Positions 1-9,487 of a DNA stretch of 64,000 bases are shown in pieces. The notes beneath the pieces were generated by a model, which was not told the origin of the DNA, did no database searches, and was given only the letters and a program-made list of their open reading frames with translations. The position numbers were made by a program, and so were the translations under genes. The stretch covers positions 2,528,001-2,592,000 of the forward strand of contig OZ244070.1 of NCBI GenBank assembly GCA_965215605.1, given 5' to 3'. The stretch is from an uncultured Candidatus Binatia bacterium (GTDB taxonomy: Bacteria > Desulfobacterota > Binatia > UBA9968 > JAJDTQ01). The stretch's first letter is position 1, and each line of letters begins with the position of its first letter.

Positions 1-112
1 TGAAACGTTCACGGCGCCTCCTTCCATGCGTTAAGGTTGTTGTTTCGCGCAAAGCTGTCGATTCTTGGTAAAGACAGGTTATTACCCTTATTTTTTGCCC
101 GAATCAACCGAT

Positions 113-850
113 ATGAACCACACTCCGCTAACGTCGAAGCTCATTTTCGAGATGGAAAGGGTACGTTCGTGCCTGATTCGGGCTCTGGCCGCGGTGATGG
201 TGCTGTTCGCCGTCGCCTTTCTGCTCGCTCCGCAACTCTTCGAGGTCCTGGTGGAGCCCCTCCGAAGCCGGCTCCAACCGGGACAGAGCCTCATCGGCAC
301 GGGGGTGGCGGAAGTGTTCTTCGTGGAGATCAAGGTGGCGTTCCTGGTGGCGCTGCTGGCGGGAAGCCCCTTTGTCTTCTACCAGGTATGGCGTCTGGTG
401 GCGCCGTTGCTGGGCGCCGACGGCAGGACGGTCTGGCTGGTGGGCTTTGTCGGGGCTGCTTCGCTGTTCTTCCTGTCGGGCGCGTTCTTCTGCTACCGGA
501 CCGTTCTGCCGCTGGCGTTCCTGTATTTCCTGGACCAGTACGGCGCCATCGGGGTTGAGCCGGAGATCCGCGTGGCGGAGTATTTTTCCTTCTTCTCCCG
601 CATCGTGATGGCTTTCGGGATCACGTTTCAACTGCCGGTCTTCACATTCTTCCTGGCCCGCACCGGGGTCTGGAGCCACCAGTTCCTGTGGCACCATTTC
701 CGCTACGCGCTGTTGATGATGTTCGTGCTGGCTGCCGTGCTGACCCCGCCGGACGTGGTCTCGCAACTCCTGCTGGCCGGACCGTTGATCGGGCTCTACG
801 TTCTCAGCATCGGCATCGCCTACGTGTTCGGCCGCAAGCCGCCGGAATGA
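113..850 (+). CDS. tatC: Sec-independent translocase subunit TatC (divergent)
   Basis: About six TM segments; motifs FYQVW, AFGITFQLP and AAVLTPPDVVSQ. ATG at 113 chosen inside ORF 65..850. Confidence 0.85.
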   Translation: MNHTPLTSKLIFEMERVRSCLIRALAAVMVLFAVAFLLAPQLFEVLVEPLRSRLQPGQSLIGTGVAEVFFVEIKVAFLVALLAGSPFVFYQVWRLVAPLLGADGRTVWLVGFVGAASLFFLSGAFFCYRTVLPLAFLYFLDQYGAIGVEPEIRVAEYFSFFSRIVMAFGITFQLPVFTFFLARTGVWSHQFLWHHFRYALLMMFVLAAVLTPPDVVSQLLLAGPLIGLYVLSIGIAYVFGRKPPE

Positions 851-945
851 ACGACTCGCTGCCGGTCTTCGGTGCGGTCAGCCGCCGCGGGCGAAGGCAT
901 GGCGGTGCGGGCTCGTGCGTTGCGGGCCAAGGGCCGCAACCCGCG

Positions 946-1710
946 TCAGTCGGCGTAGTCGGGCTCTTCGCGGTCCAGAATCCGTTTCAAGGCGGCGAAG
1001 TGCCGCTCGGCCGCCAGGTTCTCGCCTCCGGACCGTTGCCTGCGCAGGTGGTCGGTGGTCTCCCGGGACATGCGCCGGAGCGGATGCCCGCCCGTCTCCG
1101 CCAGCACCTGCACCTGGCAGGCGCGTTCCAGGAAGTACAGCCGGTCAAAGGCCTCGGCCACCGTCCTGCCGGCGGTGATGACTCCGTGATTGGCCATGAA
1201 CAGGACGTTCTTGCCCGCCATCACCCGCGCGATGCGTCCACCCTCGGTCCGGTCCAGCACCAGGCCGTTGTAGTCTTCGAGGTAGGCTACGTCGTCATCG
1301 AAACGGGTGCTGGTCTGGTGCACCATCTCAAGGCGGCCTCCCTGGCGGCAGGAGATGGCCGTTGCGTAGGGCATGTGGGTGTGCAGCAGGCAGCGGAAGC
1401 TTTCCGGGTCGGCCCGGTGCAGCGGGCCGTGGATGTGGAGCGCGGTGGGCTCCACCTCGTGCGCCCCCTCCAGGCGGTTTCCCTGGAAGTCCACGAGGAG
1501 GAGGTTGCCGGCGGTTATTTCCGTCCAGTGGAGCGGATAAGGGTTCAGCAACATCAGGTCGTCTCTGCCGGGGAGGAGCAGGCTGAAGTGGTTGTCGATG
1601 GCCTCATGAAAACCGAAACGGACCGCCAGACGGTAGGCGGCCGCGAGGTCCAGGCGCGCCGGCCTCGCCGCTTCCCTCTCGTACGACAAGTCTTCGCTTC
1701 TCTTTGCCAC
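946..1710 (-). CDS. Class II aldolase/adducin family protein
   Basis: IDNHFS, EPTALHIH, LHTHMPY and MANHGV metal-binding motifs. Start uncertain; ORF is open to 1872. Confidence 0.85.
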   Translation of the reverse strand: MAKRSEDLSYEREAARPARLDLAAAYRLAVRFGFHEAIDNHFSLLLPGRDDLMLLNPYPLHWTEITAGNLLLVDFQGNRLEGAHEVEPTALHIHGPLHRADPESFRCLLHTHMPYATAISCRQGGRLEMVHQTSTRFDDDVAYLEDYNGLVLDRTEGGRIARVMAGKNVLFMANHGVITAGRTVAEAFDRLYFLERACQVQVLAETGGHPLRRMSRETTDHLRRQRSGGENLAAERHFAALKRILDREEPDYAD

Positions 1711-1860
1711 GATGGCCACCCCCGTCGTCCCGACCTGATGGGCACTTGCGGGGGCCGTGCCGCGTCGCCGCAATGTGCCCGAAAACCGTGCAGGCGATTG
1801 TGTAACAATTGGGCCGCAGGCGCAAGCACGATCATCCTCCCCTCTTGCCCCATCCCCGGA

Positions 1861-1918
1861 CTTCAGGCTCACCTCTCCTTGGATTCCTCCCCCTCCTTCA
1901 GGCTCATTTGTCCTTGGA
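1861..1918. repeat. Two imperfect 23-nt direct repeats, 35-nt period
   Basis: cttcaggctcacctctccttgga (1861-1883) and cttcaggctcatttgtccttgga (1896-1918), 20/23 identical. Confidence 0.7.
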
Positions 1919-1997
1919 AAAGACTGCCGCTTGATTACCAGCGTGCCAGCCCCTACACTGGCTCTGAAGTTCCTCCTGACGCCTCAAGCGCCCTGGA

Positions 1998-3476
1998 ATG
2001 CATACCCTCGAACAGCTCTACAACAACTCCCTGGCGCTGCTGACGGACCTCTACCAGCTCACCATGGCCTATGCCTACTGGAAGTCGGGCACCGCGCAGA
2101 AGGAAGCGGTGTTCCACCTCTCCTTCCGTGAAAACCCCTATGACGGCGGGTTTGCCGTGGGTTGCGGGCTCGGGCACGTGGTCGGGGTGCTGTCGCGTTT
2201 CGGGTTCGAGGCGAGCGATCTCGAATACCTGGCGCAACTGCGGGGCAACGACGGACAGCCGCTGTTCGAGGACGCCTTCCTGGACTATCTTCGGGACTGC
2301 CGTTTCGCCTGTGACGTGGACGCGATTCCCGAGGGGACGGTGGTGTTTCCCCACGAACCCCTGGTGCGCATCCGCGGTCCCATCCTGCAGGGCCAGATCC
2401 TGGAGACCGTGCTGCTCAACATCATCTGCTTTCAGACCCTCATCGCCACCAAGGCGGCGCGGGTGTGCCAGTCCGCCCGCGGCGAGCCGGTGCTGGAGTT
2501 CGGGCTGAGGAGGGCGCAGGGATTCGACGGCGCGCTCGCGGCGAGCCGGGCGGCCTACGTGGGCGGCTGCGCGGGGACATCCAACGCGCTTGCCGGCAAG
2601 CTCTTCGACATCCCGGTGAAGGGCACCCACGCCCACAGTTGGGTGCTGTCCTTCGACGACGAGATGGAGGCCTTCGAGACCTATGCCGAGGCCATGCCCA
2701 ACAACTGCCTCCTGCTGGTGGACACGTTCGACAGCCTGAACGGCGTCCGCAGGGCGGTGGAGATCGGCCGCAGACTGCGGGAGCGGGGGCACGAGATGGT
2801 GGGCATCCGGCTGGACTCCGGAGACCTGGCCTTTCTCAGTATCGAGGCGCGCCAGATTCTGGACCAGGGGGGTTTCCCGGACGCTGTCATCGTCGGCAGC
2901 AACGACCTCGACGAGCACGTGATCGCTTCGCTCAAGGAGGAGGGCGCCCGCATCAACGTCTGGGGCGTGGGCACCAAGCTCGCCACCGCCTACGATCAGC
3001 CGGCCCTCGGCGGCGTCTACAAGCTGTCGTGCGTACGGACCGAAGGCAGCGAGTGGATCAACAAGGTGAAGCTCTCGGAGCAGGCCATCAAGGTGTCGAC
3101 GCCGGGAATCCTGCAGGCACGGCGTTTTCGCCAGGGGGACCGGTTCGTGGCGGACGCCATCTACGATGAGACCCTGGGCATTGCCGACGGCTGCACCATC
3201 GTCGACCCCATGAACATGACCCGCAGGAAGCACGTTTCCGGCGGCACCGGATCCGAGGACCTGCTGGTCCCGGTGTTCCGCGGGGGAGAGCTGGTCTACG
3301 AGGTGCCCTCGGTGCACGCGGCCCGGGAACGCGCCCAGGCCGAACTGGCGGGTTTCCACAACAGCATCAAGCGCAGGGTGAACCCGCATGAATACCCGGT
3401 GGGCCTCGAGGCGCGGCTCCACGAGATGAAGACGAGGCTGGTGCTCCAGGCCCGCGGGGTCAACGGCGCGGGTTAG
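1998..3476 (+). CDS. pncB: Nicotinate phosphoribosyltransferase
   Basis: [43 protein letters not shown] and GGVYKL motifs. Confidence 0.95.
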   Translation: MHTLEQLYNNSLALLTDLYQLTMAYAYWKSGTAQKEAVFHLSFRENPYDGGFAVGCGLGHVVGVLSRFGFEASDLEYLAQLRGNDGQPLFEDAFLDYLRDCRFACDVDAIPEGTVVFPHEPLVRIRGPILQGQILETVLLNIICFQTLIATKAARVCQSARGEPVLEFGLRRAQGFDGALAASRAAYVGGCAGTSNALAGKLFDIPVKGTHAHSWVLSFDDEMEAFETYAEAMPNNCLLLVDTFDSLNGVRRAVEIGRRLRERGHEMVGIRLDSGDLAFLSIEARQILDQGGFPDAVIVGSNDLDEHVIASLKEEGARINVWGVGTKLATAYDQPALGGVYKLSCVRTEGSEWINKVKLSEQAIKVSTPGILQARRFRQGDRFVADAIYDETLGIADGCTIVDPMNMTRRKHVSGGTGSEDLLVPVFRGGELVYEVPSVHAARERAQAELAGFHNSIKRRVNPHEYPVGLEARLHEMKTRLVLQARGVNGAG

Positions 3477-3521
3477 CGGCGAGCGCTGCCTCTCTCCCGT
3501 CTCCCTGGATCAGGGCGCTCT

Positions 3522-4733
3522 ATGAACACGCTTGCATCGCTTCGCGCAATGGCTGTCCAGGGAGGCCGGCAGCGCCTCAGGCTCCTGGGTTTCATCACCC
3601 TGGCGCACGTCGCCATACACTGGTTCATGCAGATCCTGCCCGTGCTCGGGCCGACCCTCAAGTCGAACGTCGGTCTCACCGACGTGCAACTGGGCGGTCT
3701 CGCCTCCATGCGGATGTTCGCCCAGGCCGCGCTGGACGTGCCGTCGGGAATGCTTGCGGATACCTGGGTACGCCAGCGCGCCCTCATCGTGACCGCCTCA
3801 CTGGTGTGCATGGGGCTCTGCTACTGGGTGTTCGGGACACTGTCCGGCTACGGGTGGTGGCTGCTTGCCGTCGCGTTCCTGGCCGCGGGAACCACGCTGT
3901 TTCATCCGGCGTCGGTGGCCTCGCTGTCGAACCGGTTCCCGGAGAACCGGGCCACGGTCATTGGCGTCTACGGCATGGGCGCCACCCTGGGCAACACGCT
4001 GACCCCGCCGGCCATGGGTCTTCTGCTGGAGAACTTCGCATGGCAACGGGTGATGGAGAGCCAGTTCCTGGTGGGGCTCGCGGCGGCGGGGCTCGTGTGG
4101 CTCTACGCCGCGCGCATGTTCGAGGGGGACGAGATCCCGACGAAGAAGCCGAAGCCGTTTCAGGAGATCACGGAGCTGGCGCGGAATCCCGTGGTCCTGG
4201 TGCTGATGCTGGTCCGGAGCTTCAACCAGATCGCGCGGCAGGTGACCATGACGTTCCTGCCCATCTACCTCGTCGAGTACCTGGGTTACGCCGACTTCGG
4301 AATGGGCGTCTATCTCATGATCATGAGCGTGTCGGGTCTGGTGGCCCAGCCGGTGATGGGAGTCCTGTCGGACCGGCTGGGGCGCAAGGCGGTGCTGGCA
4401 CCTTCGCTGCTGCTCCTTGGGCTGGTGTACTTCCTTCTGCAATGGGCGGCGGCGGGAGTGGCGCTGGCGGTGGTAGTCGTCGCCATCGGGTTTCTCTTCT
4501 ATACGGTGGCCAACGTGACGACGGCGGCGGCGCTCGACGTGGCGGGAAAGGGCAGCCAGGCATCCTCCTTCGGGCTGGTCTCCCTGGGCACCCACATCCT
4601 GGTGGTGCCCGCGCCCACGCTGGCGGGATATCTCATCGGACGTTTCGGCATCATGGCGGCCTTCTTCTTCCCCGGGGTCTGCCTGTTGGCGGGCGCGTGC
4701 TTCGTGTTCCCCCTGCGGTTCCAGAGGGACTGA
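3522..4733 (+). CDS. MFS transporter
   Basis: About 12 TM segments; GxLSDRLGRK motif; FHP motif. Confidence 0.9.
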   Translation: MNTLASLRAMAVQGGRQRLRLLGFITLAHVAIHWFMQILPVLGPTLKSNVGLTDVQLGGLASMRMFAQAALDVPSGMLADTWVRQRALIVTASLVCMGLCYWVFGTLSGYGWWLLAVAFLAAGTTLFHPASVASLSNRFPENRATVIGVYGMGATLGNTLTPPAMGLLLENFAWQRVMESQFLVGLAAAGLVWLYAARMFEGDEIPTKKPKPFQEITELARNPVVLVLMLVRSFNQIARQVTMTFLPIYLVEYLGYADFGMGVYLMIMSVSGLVAQPVMGVLSDRLGRKAVLAPSLLLLGLVYFLLQWAAAGVALAVVVVAIGFLFYTVANVTTAAALDVAGKGSQASSFGLVSLGTHILVVPAPTLAGYLIGRFGIMAAFFFPGVCLLAGACFVFPLRFQRD

Positions 4734-4757
4734 GTCGCGTGGCGAAGAGGTCATACG

Positions 4758-4829
4758 CGTCATTCCCGATTTCCCTCCGTCAGTCCCGCGAAAGTTTACT
4801 CCCGACCCCGATCGGGGGCGGGAATCCAG
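4758..4829 (+). repeat. CGTC-type REP-like palindromic element
   Basis: cgtcattcccg...cgtcagtcccgcgaaag...gcgggaatccag, with internal hairpin ccccgatcgggg. Confidence 0.6.
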
Positions 4830-4916
4830 GGCCGGTGGAGGGGCAGCGGTCCGGTTGACCTCGATGGCGTCGGGTGGTAGTGGCTGTTCGAATCCTGACC
4901 ACGCGGGAGGTTTGTC

Positions 4917-5981
4917 ATGAGCGAGATTTCCGTCGTCGACGCTGACGGCCATCTGATCGAATCCATACCGGAGATGGCGAATTACATGGTCCCGGAAGCG
5001 AAGGACTACGCGTTGAATCCGCCCCGGAACCGGGCGGGCGTGTTCCCCTCCATCGACGGCATGCACTACCCGGAGACGGAGGAAATGACCGCGGAGAACC
5101 GCATCAACCCGGTCAGAGCCAGTGACGGCCGGCCGGGTTCCGGCGAGGACATCTTCGAGTTCGTCAAGAAAGCGGAGATTACGGACTCGGTGCTGTACGC
5201 CACCGAAGGTTTGTCCCTCGGCTTCATTCAGCAGCCCAGTTACGCGGTCAAGGTGTGCCGCGGCTACAACGACTACGTCACCGAGCGGTACCGCGGCATC
5301 AGCAAGCGGCTGCATCCCATCGCATTGCTGCCCATGCAGGACCCCAAGGCCGCGGCCGCGGAGTTGCGCCGGTGCGTGAAGGAGCTGGGGCTGCTGGGCG
5401 GCATGCTCCCCTCCACCGGCCTGGATCTGCACCTGGGCCACGAGTTCTACGCACCCGTTTACGAGGAAGCCGCGGAGCTGGGCTGCGTGCTGGGCATTCA
5501 CGGCGGCTCCAACCGCGGCGTGGGCCTGGACTCGTTCAGCAGCCGGTTGGGTTCCCGGCTGCTCCATCACCCGGTCCCGCTGATGATCGCCCTGGTCTCG
5601 TTCATCTACCACGGCTGGTTCGATCGCTACCCGACCCTCAAGGTGGCGTTTCTGGAGGGCGGCTGCGCGTGGCTTACCTGCATCGCCGACCGCATGGAAC
5701 GGGATGCCGAATTGGAAGGGCTTTCGTGCAAGCCACTGCCGGAGTACATCGCCAGCGGCCAGATTCTCATCGGCTGCGAGGGCAACGACGCCAGCCTGCC
5801 GTACCTGGCCGGGCGGGTGGGCATCGAACCCTTCGCCTACTCCTCGGACTATCCCCACGAGGTGGACCTGCCGGCGGCCCGGAAGATGATCGAGGAGACG
5901 CGCAACCACACGGAGCTGTCGGAGGAGCACAAGGCGGCGGTGCTGGGAACCAACGCGCGCCGCTTCTACGGACTCAACTGA
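4917..5981 (+). CDS. Amidohydrolase_2 family protein (ACMSD/LigY-like)
   Basis: VVDADGH, GIHGG, LKVAFLEGG, YSSDYPH, LGTNARRFY; GGAGG RBS. Confidence 0.9.
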   Translation: MSEISVVDADGHLIESIPEMANYMVPEAKDYALNPPRNRAGVFPSIDGMHYPETEEMTAENRINPVRASDGRPGSGEDIFEFVKKAEITDSVLYATEGLSLGFIQQPSYAVKVCRGYNDYVTERYRGISKRLHPIALLPMQDPKAAAAELRRCVKELGLLGGMLPSTGLDLHLGHEFYAPVYEEAAELGCVLGIHGGSNRGVGLDSFSSRLGSRLLHHPVPLMIALVSFIYHGWFDRYPTLKVAFLEGGCAWLTCIADRMERDAELEGLSCKPLPEYIASGQILIGCEGNDASLPYLAGRVGIEPFAYSSDYPHEVDLPAARKMIEETRNHTELSEEHKAAVLGTNARRFYGLN

Positions 5982-6009
5982 TGCTCCCGTCTTCGTCCAC
6001 GGCCACCGC

Positions 6010-6933
6010 GTGATCGTCGAAGTCTCCGGCGTCACCAAGCGCTTCGGCGATCGGGTGGCGGTGGACGAACTCACCCTGAACGTCCCGCCGGGCGTCTGCT
6101 TCGGTCTGCTGGGCCCCAACGGCGCCGGCAAGACCACGACGCTCCGCATGATCTATGGCGTCACCCTGCCCACCAGCGGCCAGGTCCGCGTGTTCGGCAT
6201 GGAGGTGTCGCGCAACGTGCGCGCGGTGCGCCGGCGTCTGGGCGTCACCCTTCAGCAGAACGTTCTCATCGAGACCCTGTCGCCCCGGGCCAACCTTGCC
6301 ATCTTCGGGCGCTACCACCTCATGGACGGCGCCGGGCTGGCGCAACGAATCGAAGAGCTCATCGATTTCATGGAGCTGCGCTCCCACGCGGACGTGCCGG
6401 TGAACAAGCTTTCCGGCGGCTACCAGCGCCGGCTGGCCATCGCCCTCTCGTTGATGAACCGCCCGGAGCTGCTGATCCTGGACGAGCCCACCACCGGACT
6501 CGACCCGGCGGTGCGGCTGGCCCTCTGGTCCCGGGTGCGGGAGTTGCGCCGCGACGGCGCCACTGTCCTCCTGACCACCCACTACATGGACGAGGCCCAG
6601 CGGCTGTGCGACACCGTCGCCATCATGTCCGGCGGCGACATCATGGCCCAGGGCGCGCCGGAAGAGCTCATCGATCGCTTCCTGGCGCGGCAGGCGGTGG
6701 AGATCGAAGCGACCCCGGCGCAGGAGCAAGGCCTGCTGCATGGGCTGAGCGTGAGCCCGCCGCGGTGCCGGCTGGGGAACCGCAGCATGGTCTACCTGGA
6801 CGACCCCGCCCCGCTGCTGGACCGGATCCGGCGCCTCCCCGGGATCGGCGCGAAGGTCATGGCGGTGCGGCCCACCGACCTGGAGGACGTGTTCCTGACC
6901 CTCACCGGCACCAGCCTCGAGGATAACCCGTGA
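6010..6933 (+). CDS. ABC-2 exporter ATP-binding subunit (NodI-like)
   Basis: GPNGAGKTT, LSGG, LDEPTTGLDP, TTHYMDEA. Confidence 0.9.
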   Translation: MIVEVSGVTKRFGDRVAVDELTLNVPPGVCFGLLGPNGAGKTTTLRMIYGVTLPTSGQVRVFGMEVSRNVRAVRRRLGVTLQQNVLIETLSPRANLAIFGRYHLMDGAGLAQRIEELIDFMELRSHADVPVNKLSGGYQRRLAIALSLMNRPELLILDEPTTGLDPAVRLALWSRVRELRRDGATVLLTTHYMDEAQRLCDTVAIMSGGDIMAQGAPEELIDRFLARQAVEIEATPAQEQGLLHGLSVSPPRCRLGNRSMVYLDDPAPLLDRIRRLPGIGAKVMAVRPTDLEDVFLTLTGTSLEDNP

Positions 6934-7697
6934 CCCTGTCCTGGCGGTACGCGCTGGCGGTGTGGCGCCGCAATGCCGCGATGTACCGCCGCACCTGGAG
7001 TTGGAACATCCTGCCGAACTTCTTCGAGCCGGTGCTCTACCTCGTGTCCCTCGGCGTGGGCCTCGGCGCCTACATCACCACCATGGGCGGCACCTCCTAC
7101 ATCCAGTTCCTGGCGCCCGGGCTCGTGTGCGTCGCGGCCATGAACGGCGCGAGCTTCGAGGTCACCTACAACATCTTCGTGCGCATGAACATCGAGAAGG
7201 CTTACGACGCCATGCTGACCACGCCGATCCAGCCCGTGGACGTGGTGGCCGGCGAGCTGCTGTGGTCCATGACGCGTTCGTGCGTCTACGGCCTGTGCTT
7301 CGCCCTCGTGGTGGCGGCGGCCGGGCTGGCGCCGTTGCCCCAGGCCCTCTGGGTGCTGCCGGTGATACCCCTGACGGGCCTTCTCTTCTCCGCCATCGGG
7401 CTGGCCTTCACCCTGCGCATCGCCGCCATCGAACTCTACAGCTTCTACTTCACCCTGTTCCTCACGCCCCTGTTCCTCTTCTCGTCGGTATTCTTCCCCC
7501 TGGAGGAACGCCTGTCGCCGTCCTGGCTCTGGATCGCCGAGTGCCTGCCGCTGCTCCACCCCGTGCGGCTCGCCCGCGCCGCGTTCTTCGGCCCGGCCTC
7601 GCCCGCGCTGCTATGGGACGTGGCCTATATCCTGGGCCTCTCCACCATCCTCGTGGCGTATGCCGCGGGCCTCATGCGGCGCAAGCTGACCCTGTGA
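6930..7697 (+). CDS. ABC-2 exporter permease (NodJ-like)
   Basis: VWRRN, EPVLYL, YIQFLAPG, FSSVFFP; GTGA overlap with the ATPase gene. Confidence 0.9.
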   Translation: MTLSWRYALAVWRRNAAMYRRTWSWNILPNFFEPVLYLVSLGVGLGAYITTMGGTSYIQFLAPGLVCVAAMNGASFEVTYNIFVRMNIEKAYDAMLTTPIQPVDVVAGELLWSMTRSCVYGLCFALVVAAAGLAPLPQALWVLPVIPLTGLLFSAIGLAFTLRIAAIELYSFYFTLFLTPLFLFSSVFFPLEERLSPSWLWIAECLPLLHPVRLARAAFFGPASPALLWDVAYILGLSTILVAYAAGLMRRKLTL

Positions 7698-7761
7698 CCC
7701 CCCGCCCCGAGACGAGGGAAGTAACGGCGGTCGAATCCGGAACCGGCCCGCCGGCGGTTCA

Positions 7762-7787
7762 ATGCCCGGGTCAAGTCCGGGATGACG
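7762..7787 (-). repeat. CGTC-type REP-like palindrome
   Basis: atgcccgggtcaagtccgggatgacg; its reverse complement begins CGTCAT and forms a stem-loop. Lies between convergent genes. Confidence 0.55.
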
Positions 7788-7832
7788 GGGCGGGGACTCG
7801 TGACGGGAAAAGGGAAGGAGCGGAAGGTTCTC

Positions 7833-8900
7833 TCAGGCGCCGCCCGTGCCTCGATACAGGGGAGATTCCTTGTAGCGCCCGATGAAGAAACGCGTGAGGA
7901 CGCCGATGGCGGCGGTGGCGGGCACGGACAGCAGCAGTCCGACGAAGCCGAACAGGGCGCCGCCGGCGAACAGGCCGAAGATCAGCCACAGGGGATGGAC
8001 GGCGATGCGGCTGCCCATGACCCGGGGCGTCAGCACGTAGTCGGCCAGCAACTGCCCCACGAGAAAAATCGCCAGGACCAGGGCGATCCGGATCCATTCA
8101 GGCCAGAACTGGAGACAGGCGACCCCGACGGACGCCACCAGCCCGAAGATCGTGCCGACGTAAGGGATGAAGGACAGGGCGCCGGTGGCGAGTCCGATGG
8201 TCAGGCCGTAGTCGAGGCCCGCCAGCGAGAGGGCGACGCCGTAGAAGGCCGCCAGCGCGGCGCAGATGATGACGGAGCCGTGGAGGAACCCCTTGAGCAC
8301 CACGTCGATGTCGCGCATGATTCCGCGCACGGTGCCGGCGTGGTCCCGGGGCAGCCAGTCGTCCACGGCGGCGACGATGCCGGGCCACTGCCGCAGCAGG
8401 TAGAAGGTAGTGAGGGGGGTGATGGTGAGGAGGGTGGCGATGTTGACGACCGCGGCGCCGCCGCTGGCCAGGCCCTGGAACAACCCCAGTCCCAGCTTGG
8501 TCAACCGCTGCAGGTTCCCCCCCATGGTCTGGTGCAGGCCCTCGGGTTGGCCGGCGCCGATGGCGTTCAGCGCCCGGTCGAGCAGCGGTCCGACCGCCTG
8601 GACAAGGCGGGAGACCAGTGCCGGCAGCCGCTGGATCAGGTCCGCGGCCTGCTCGGCCACCGGCGGGATGAGCAGCAACAGCACCAGCAGCCCGGCGCCG
8701 AAGAAGCCGGCGCCGATGAGCACGGTGGCCGTGGTCCGCGAGCAACCGCGTTGTTCCAGCCGGGTGGCAGCCGGGTCCAGGGAGTAGGCGAGGGCGATGC
8801 CCAGGACGAAGGGGAGCAGAACGGCGCTCAGGAGCCACACCAGCAGCAGCGCCGCCGCCAGCACCAGGAGCCAGAACCATGCCTGTGTGCGCGCGTTCAT
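7833..8900 (-). CDS. AI-2E (PerM) family transporter
   Basis: LLPFVLGIALAYSLDP, SFIPYVG, LTPRVMG, VHPLW, GGALFGFVGLLLSVP. Confidence 0.9.
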   Translation of the reverse strand: MNARTQAWFWLLVLAAALLLVWLLSAVLLPFVLGIALAYSLDPAATRLEQRGCSRTTATVLIGAGFFGAGLLVLLLLIPPVAEQAADLIQRLPALVSRLVQAVGPLLDRALNAIGAGQPEGLHQTMGGNLQRLTKLGLGLFQGLASGGAAVVNIATLLTITPLTTFYLLRQWPGIVAAVDDWLPRDHAGTVRGIMRDIDVVLKGFLHGSVIICAALAAFYGVALSLAGLDYGLTIGLATGALSFIPYVGTIFGLVASVGVACLQFWPEWIRIALVLAIFLVGQLLADYVLTPRVMGSRIAVHPLWLIFGLFAGGALFGFVGLLLSVPATAAIGVLTRFFIGRYKESPLYRGTGGA

Positions 8901-8935
8901 GAACCAGCGTCGTGTCCGGCAGACTCCGTGAGAGT

Positions 8936-9469
8936 TTACCGGATCCCGAGCCCCTTGGCGCCGCAGAACCGCACCACCTCGCGTTCCAGCGCCTCGACGT
9001 TGTCGCAGTTGACGATCACGGACGAATCACGGTGATCGAGCGCCCCGCCGGCGAGCCGGTCCGACCAGCCGCCGGACCCCTGCAGGACGTAGATGGGGCG
9101 CCCGTGAATCCACGCAAAGCACAGTTCGGAGAGGGTGCCGGCGCCGCCGCCCACGGCCACGATGAAGTCGCCCGCCAGCGCCGTCAGGACGTTCCGGGCG
9201 TGGCCCAAGCCGGTAGGGATGACCACATCGCACCATTGGTTGGCCGCGGCCGCCTGGCTCCCGGGGGTGATTCCCACGGTGAGGCCGCCGGCCCGGGCGG
9301 CTCCCCTGGAGGCCGCTTCCATCACCCCGCCCCGGCCGCCGGTGATCAGGGTAATGCCGCGCCGCCCGAGCATCCCGCCGGCATCCTCGGCGAGCGCCAG
9401 GTTGTCATGGGAGGCGTCCGAGTCCCCCACCAGCGCGGCCTGGGCGAAGCGTACGGCGCCGGCATTCAC
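8936..9469 (-). CDS. LOG/TIGR00725 family Rossmann-fold nucleotide-binding protein
   Basis: ITGGRGGVMEAASRGA, TGLGHARN, GGGAGTLSE. Confidence 0.85.
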   Translation of the reverse strand: MNAGAVRFAQAALVGDSDASHDNLALAEDAGGMLGRRGITLITGGRGGVMEAASRGAARAGGLTVGITPGSQAAAANQWCDVVIPTGLGHARNVLTALAGDFIVAVGGGAGTLSELCFAWIHGRPIYVLQGSGGWSDRLAGGALDHRDSSVIVNCDNVEALEREVVRFCGAKGLGIR

Positions 9470-9487
9470 GTGTTCGTCGGGCCTCCC

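Noticed and set aside
1861-1918. Possible CRISPR mini-array
   Set aside because: Only two imperfect repeats with a 12-nt spacer, and no cas genes.
3798-6149. Long antisense ORFs (also 19380-22025, 35813-37960, 43202-45097, 49299-51470)
   Set aside because: These are typical high-GC shadow ORFs opposite well-supported genes and have no recognisable motifs.
6010-7697. Nod-factor export or nodulation genes
   Set aside because: NodIJ-like ABC-2 pairs are widespread, and there is no nodABC here.
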